Below, in pieces: positions 58,830-64,000 of a stretch of DNA of 64,000 nucleotides (its first letter is position 1; each line of letters opens with the position of its first letter). Origin of the DNA: Candidatus Hydrogenedentota bacterium (GTDB taxonomy: Bacteria > Hydrogenedentota > Hydrogenedentia > Hydrogenedentales > SLHB01); the NCBI GenBank assembly GCA_963745075.1, contig CAVUWV010000014.1, positions 256,001 to 320,000 on the forward strand, read 5' to 3'. The notes beneath the pieces were generated by a model. It was not told the origin of the DNA. It did not search any database and was given only the letters and a program-made list of their open reading frames with translations. Position numbers and translations under genes: made by a program.

Positions 58830-59972
58830 TCAGGTCGTCCGAAAACCGAGACCCCTGAGACAATCCAGCATCTCGGAATTCTCCGGTTGCACCGTTACCC
58901 GCGTATTGTGAAACTCCCGGCGACGCGGGTATTCCTTGCGCAGTCGGTCAAAATAAGCGCCGCGTTCTTCCGGCGCCTTGTGTATTATAGCGCGCAATTC
59001 ACGGTCGTCGTTCCGGATGTCGTATACCGCCGAAACGGTCTTCAGAATGGCTTCCTGCAGCGGCAGGGAGCCATTCACCGTATATTCCGGGCAATCGGGT
59101 GCCGGCAAGTCGGGTGCGGGATCCCATTTTGGCGTGACACCCAGATGGTGGCATGCCGCCTCATACACTTGCCGGGTGCCGTTCACTTTGCCATCGAAGG
59201 AATAGCCTGCGATGTGCGGCGTCGCCAGAGCAAGATTCGCCAGCAAATCGAGATCGATGTTCGGTTCGCCTTCCCAAACGTCCAGGACGCTCGCGCCCAC
59301 TTTGCCGGATTCGAGCGCGGCGCGCAATGCATCGCCGTCGACCACGGAACCGCGCGACGTATTGATGATTATCGCGCCCGTCTTCAACCGCTCGAAGAAG
59401 GCGGCGTCCAGCAGGTGGTACGTGGCGTCGGGACCGTCCTTGGTGAGCGGTACGTGTACGGTGATGATCTGGCAATCGAAGATCTCGTCCTTCGGGCGGT
59501 ACCGGTCGTCGCCGGTTTTCCGTGCAAGGGGCGGGTCGTTCAACACACACTCCATGCCCAAGGCGCGTGCCTTTTGTTCGACACGCTTACCCACATTGCC
59601 GTGGCCGACGATGCCGAGACGACGGTCCGGCAAGTTGAACCCGCGGGTTTCCGCAAGCACCAGCAGCGCTTCGGCCAGGTATTCGCCGACGCTGTTCGCG
59701 TTGCAACCCGGCGCGCTCGAGAATCCAATGCCCTGCTCAGCGAGATAGGACCTGTCCACGTGGTCTTCGCCGATGGTTGCGGTGCCGACAAACTGAACCT
59801 TGGTCCCGTCCAGAAGGTCGCGGTTCACCTTGGTGATGGAACGAACAAACAAAAGGTCTGCGTCGCGAACCAGGTTGCGGTCCATGGCGCGGCCGGACGC
59901 GGTGACGACCTCTCCCAGCAGGCCAAATGCTTCGCGCGCGTACGGTATGTTTTCGTCTGCGACAATTTTCAT
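58830..59972 (-). CDS. pdxB: 4-phosphoerythronate dehydrogenase
   Basis: MKIVADENIPY, VRSITKV, TATIGEDH, APGCNA.SV.EY, G.GNVG, HVPLT, LDVWEGEP, TPHIAGYS.DGK, FDRLRKEYPRRRE. Confidence 0.93.
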   Translation of the reverse strand: MKIVADENIPYAREAFGLLGEVVTASGRAMDRNLVRDADLLFVRSITKVNRDLLDGTKVQFVGTATIGEDHVDRSYLAEQGIGFSSAPGCNANSVGEYLAEALLVLAETRGFNLPDRRLGIVGHGNVGKRVEQKARALGMECVLNDPPLARKTGDDRYRPKDEIFDCQIITVHVPLTKDGPDATYHLLDAAFFERLKTGAIIINTSRGSVVDGDALRAALESGKVGASVLDVWEGEPNIDLDLLANLALATPHIAGYSFDGKVNGTRQVYEAACHHLGVTPKWDPAPDLPAPDCPEYTVNGSLPLQEAILKTVSAVYDIRNDDRELRAIIHKAPEERGAYFDRLRKEYPRRREFHNTRVTVQPENSEMLDCLRGLGFRTT

Positions 59973-59982
59973 GAGGCGCTGC

Positions 59983-60873
59983 TCAGGATTTCCAGGGCGG
60001 CGTTTCGGGAAGGAACGAGTCAAATTCCTTGATCAGCGCCTCCTCGTATGAGCCCGAGTAGGTCCCGCCGAAGAACTTATCCAGGGCTTCGTCGTGAAGC
60101 CGTTGCCAGGACACTTCCTCCTGACCCGGATTGATGGGGAAGAAAAGCGCGTTGTTGGCCCGCGCGGCCTTCATGTCGCCGGGAGCGTCACCGATCATGA
60201 GCATCTTCTCATTCTCATACCGGCCTTCGGCCGCGAACGCGATATGTTCCGCTTTCTTACCCATTTCCTGGCCGGCGATGGCGAAGACATACTGCGCGAT
60301 ACCCTGTTCGGCCCACTCGCGGGTCAGGGCTTCGGTCGGCGTCTGCGAACAGACCAGCATGTCCGCGCGATCCTTGGCCTTCTCCAGCGATTCACGGACG
60401 TGGGGGAAGGGAGGGAGCCCATCTTTGACGATTTCCGACACGGTCACGTTCACGGCCTTGCTCCAATCAAGGGTCCGGAGCATATCGGCTTCATCGTGGC
60501 TCTTGCAGTAAGCTTCGAGGGCGGGGTTCCCCAGCTTGGACTCGGTCTCCACCCACTTCTTCAAATTGGGGATGTCCGGCGCCTTCCACCCGCGCTCCTG
60601 CACCTTGTCCCAGTCGCTGAGCAGGTCGAAGGTCAGCAGCAAGGCGGGAAAACGATTCACGCCGCGCCACTTGGAATACAGGTTCACAAACTCGGCCGCA
60701 GCCCGCGCGAACTTCGAAATCGGTTGCAGATTCCAGTGCTTAATAATGTTCGGTATAAAGCACTCCTTGTGCTTCACCTCCATGGTGTCAAAGGCGCAGC
60801 CATCGGAGTCGATAGCAATAAGAAAGTCTTTATTAGGCGTATGGTCCTTCAATGCTGCGACCGGATCACTCAT
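59983..60873 (-). CDS. HAD-family phosphatase
   Basis: IDSDG..FDTM, CSQT, GKK, MIGDAPGD. Confidence 0.9.
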   Translation of the reverse strand: MSDPVAALKDHTPNKDFLIAIDSDGCAFDTMEVKHKECFIPNIIKHWNLQPISKFARAAAEFVNLYSKWRGVNRFPALLLTFDLLSDWDKVQERGWKAPDIPNLKKWVETESKLGNPALEAYCKSHDEADMLRTLDWSKAVNVTVSEIVKDGLPPFPHVRESLEKAKDRADMLVCSQTPTEALTREWAEQGIAQYVFAIAGQEMGKKAEHIAFAAEGRYENEKMLMIGDAPGDMKAARANNALFFPINPGQEEVSWQRLHDEALDKFFGGTYSGSYEEALIKEFDSFLPETPPWKS

Positions 60874-60969
60874 GGTTGATACCTTTCCAATTCTAAATCC
60901 TATGTGTATTTTATATTTTACAATTTTGGGCTGTGTTTGGGACCGGTGCCTCCGCCGATCAAGCGACTG

Positions 60970-61803
60970 CTACACCCCTGCGAACGCCGAGAATCCCCCG
61001 TCAACCGGAACGGCAATCCCCGTCACAAACCGGGAGGCATCCGACGCCAGCCACAGGGCCGCACCGATGAGATCTTCGCCCACGCCGAAATCGCCCATGG
61101 GCGTATGGTCGATGATGGCCTGCCCACGTTCGGTCAGATCTCCGGTTCGGTCGTTCGTCAGGAGAAACTGATTCTGTGCCGTGAGGAAGAAACCCGGCGC
61201 GATGGCGTTCACACGAATCTTTTTGCCGCAATCCTTGGCCAGATGCACGGCCAGCCACTGCGTGAAGTTGTTCACGGCACCCTTGGCCGCGCTGTACCCC
61301 ACGATACGGGTCAGCGGCCGAAGAGCGGCCATGGACGAAATATTGATGATCGAACCACCGTGCTCGTTGTCCAGCATTCTTTTCCCAAACACCTGGCAAG
61401 GCTTGACTACCGAGGAGAGGAAGTTCAGTTCCATCACCGTGCGGATGGCGTCGATGGGGAGGTCAAAGAACGTTTGCTCGGGGGTGGTGGTGGCATCTTT
61501 AAGATTGCCGCCGACGCAATTTACGAGGATATCGACTTTCCCGAATTCCTTGTAGATCTCATCACACAGCTCCTCGACCGCGCCTTCCTTCATCGCATCG
61601 AGTTCATAACCCTTTGCATGCCCGCAACTTTCCGCCAGGATGCCGGATACGTATTCGGCCTTATCCATCGTGATATTGGTCACGGCGCATTCGGCGCCCG
61701 CACGTGCGAACCCGCAGGCGATGGAACTTCCGAGCGCCCCACCTCCACCGGTGATGACGGCCACTTTGCCTTTCAGGTTGTAGATGTCGGTACCTTCTGA
61801 CAA
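60970..61803 (-). CDS. SDR oxidoreductase, D-mannonate oxidoreductase (UxuB/fructuronate reductase)-like
   Basis: TGGGGALG, DILVN..GGN...ATT, FFDL, NISSM.A.RPLTR..GYSAAK.AV.NFTQWLAVH, APGFF.T.QN, HTPM; TTG after AAGGAG. Confidence 0.85.
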   Translation of the reverse strand: MSEGTDIYNLKGKVAVITGGGGALGSSIACGFARAGAECAVTNITMDKAEYVSGILAESCGHAKGYELDAMKEGAVEELCDEIYKEFGKVDILVNCVGGNLKDATTTPEQTFFDLPIDAIRTVMELNFLSSVVKPCQVFGKRMLDNEHGGSIINISSMAALRPLTRIVGYSAAKGAVNNFTQWLAVHLAKDCGKKIRVNAIAPGFFLTAQNQFLLTNDRTGDLTERGQAIIDHTPMGDFGVGEDLIGAALWLASDASRFVTGIAVPVDGGFSAFAGV

Positions 61804-62176
61804 GGCAATGCTCCTTTCCGAGAAATCCTGCGTTTGGCGGCGGGATTGGTTGAGCCCGTGGTGGGGATTACTGCGCGAATACCCCCTAACCACACAGCCT
61901 ATGAACGTACCATACACGTCGCGGGGATTCAAGAATCGGGCAGAAAATCGGACGCAATTTGTCGCTGTCCGTACGATTCCGGGATTCCTTGGCGCCTTCA
62001 CCATCCAGGAGTGTCGGTTTTCGCACAACTTTGGACCGGGCCGCCCAAGCATCACGCGCTCCCAGTGGGGCCACAATCAAACCTCAAAGGGGCATGGCCG
62101 CCTATCTTGTGGTATCCTGGACTTCAGGCAGATTCGGTGGATCTTGGGTAGATATTCACTTCGGCAACAATACGAG

Positions 62177-64000
62177 ATGATGACGTTAAACACCCGCACG
62201 CTATGTTTTCTCATCGCCATCCTTCTTTCGCTGGACTTAAGCGCCGCGTGGGGAGATGGCGTGTCGCCAGAAGTTGCGTCGTCTGCCCTGGAATCCGCCG
62301 GCTATCCCGCCTTGGATTACGCCGTCAGGCTTGCTTGGCGCGAACGAGCACCGCACGTGCCCCCGACGTACGTGAACGGATACCATTTGCAGCCGATTAC
62401 CGGCGGTGACACCTTCGACGTATACCTCTCGGATTCCGGAGAACTGCTCACGGAATCTACGCTGGCGGTGTTGGGGATTCAGCCGAAACAGTGGGATCGT
62501 CCCCCGGTTGAACAGCGGGCAGAATCGATCCGGCCCACGACCAAGGCCCTTTCACATCATGTAATTGCGGTGGGGCCGAAATGGGCAGTTCCCATCAGCG
62601 GAGCCGCCTTGCTCGACGAGGTGAACCTCGATGAGGTGCGTGCCGAGGATGCCAACCGCGAGGCCGCGTCCGGCAAGGGGCCGGAACGAATTGGCGTGAT
62701 TCAAGAGCTTTCTGAGGCCGTCACCGTAAATGGCAATATCCTGACGCACGGATTCTGGCAACCGGTCCCCAGCGGAGGCTATCTGTGGTCGGTGGCCCTG
62801 TATTCTCCCGACGCGCTCGGGATTCGCGTCCACTTCGAGGAAATCAAACTTCCGGTGGGTGGCACGGTGGTCGTGTACAACGCGAACGATCCGGACGAAG
62901 CGCACGGGCCCTATCCAGCATCGGGCACAACCGCCAACGACCTGTGGAGCGCAACCTGTTTCACGGACATAGTGGTGGTCGAGTGCTTTGTGCCCGCGGA
63001 CGCGCCGCGCGATGCGGTTCGGATCACCATCGACCGAATCGTCCACAACTACATTCCGTTCGGCGAACTGACTTGGACGAAGTCGGCGGGGACGTGCAAC
63101 GTAGATGTGTCCTGCTATCCGGATTGGGCCGACGCGGCCACGGGGGTCGGGGGCGTCGGCAGCGTTGGGTACAACGGCAATTTCTTTTGTTCGGGTTGCC
63201 TGCTCGCGGATACGGACACGGATACTGACGTTCCCTACTTCCTGACGGCGAACCATTGCGTGAGCACCGAATCCCAGGCGAGCAGTCTCGAAATCTATTG
63301 GCTTTACCAGACCCCCGCGTGCAACGGCGTACCGCCGAATCCCGCAACCGTTCCGCGTACCACGGGCGGTGCGGCGCTATTGGCCACGACAACGGCCACG
63401 GACGGAACCGATTTCTGCCTCCTCCGTCTCAACAACATCCCCCCGCCGGTTTGACCGCCATGGGGTGGTCGTCGGCGCCGACCCCGCTCACGACCAACAC
63501 CGTCTGTATTCATCACCCCTCGGCCGATTTCAAACGAATCACCTTTGGCGTCGTGACGGATGCGAATGAGGCGCTGCGCGATCTACGTCCCGCGACACGG
63601 TTTTACCAATCCAGTTGGACACTCGGGACTACGGAACCCGGCTCGTCGGGAAGTCCCCTGTTCATCGCATCCACGCAGCAGGTGATCGGCCAGTTGTGGG
63701 GCGGGCCGGGATCGTGTACGACAAGCACCAATCTCGACTACTTCGGCCGTTTTGACGTGGGGTTCCCGCTGATGGCGGCGTATCTTGATCCCGGTATTAC
63801 TCCCACGATTACCGTCGCCACGCCGGACAGCGCGAAGAATTGGCCCCTTGGCGAACGGCGTCGCATTCGCTGGACGTCAACCGGCGACGTTGGTCCGAAG
63901 GTGCAGATCGAGTTGTGGCGGAATGGCGGGGTGATTCAGGTCCTCCGCAGCAACACCAATAACGACGGCAAAGCGGGCTGGAACATCGATCCGGCCCTGG
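62177..64000 (+). CDS. Secreted lysyl endopeptidase-like (trypsin-fold) serine protease, frameshifted at a C6 tract, runs off the window
   Basis: CNVDV.C, CSG.LL, YFLTANHC, DFCLL. After adding one C at 63439-63444: GWS, IHHP..D.KRI, TEPGSSGSPLF, IGQLWGG, then an Ig-like domain. Confidence 0.85.

Noticed and set aside
60895..60925. AT-rich TATTTTA repeats between the SDR and HAD genes
   Set aside because: Too short and degenerate to assign a function.

Overview
A GC-rich bacterial chromosomal window of about 50 genes. The gene content (PKD proteins, DUF1080, GH2/GH3, BON, several sigma-54 activators, many REP-like palindromes) suggests a Planctomycetes/Hydrogenedentes-like environmental organism; this is inference only. 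I found no rRNA, tRNA, CRISPR array, transposase or prophage. All family names come from motif recognition by eye, not database searches. Main blocks: (1) a sigma-54 cluster with a sensor-less activator, stand-alone receiver, aconitase and 6xBON protein, plus three -24/-12 promoters; (2) secreted hydrolases, a class II cytochrome c and an animal-type heme peroxidase; (3) a sigma-54 activator divergent from a promoter followed by a ~180-nt hairpin and a lipoprotein gene; (4) PadR with two tandem membrane paralogs; (5) an unannotated 45-aa peptide ORF directly upstream of a GT2; (6) queG, SIS, EEP, GH3, CHAD, YiiX, HD and GH2 genes; (7) a two-permease RND system; (8) a putative sugar-acid operon (UxuB-like SDR, HAD, pdxB, VOC, LarA-family epimerase, atypical PPi-PFK). 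Four genes carry apparent frameshifts, two in homopolymer runs, so some may be sequencing errors. At least five different palindromic repeat families sit between genes.
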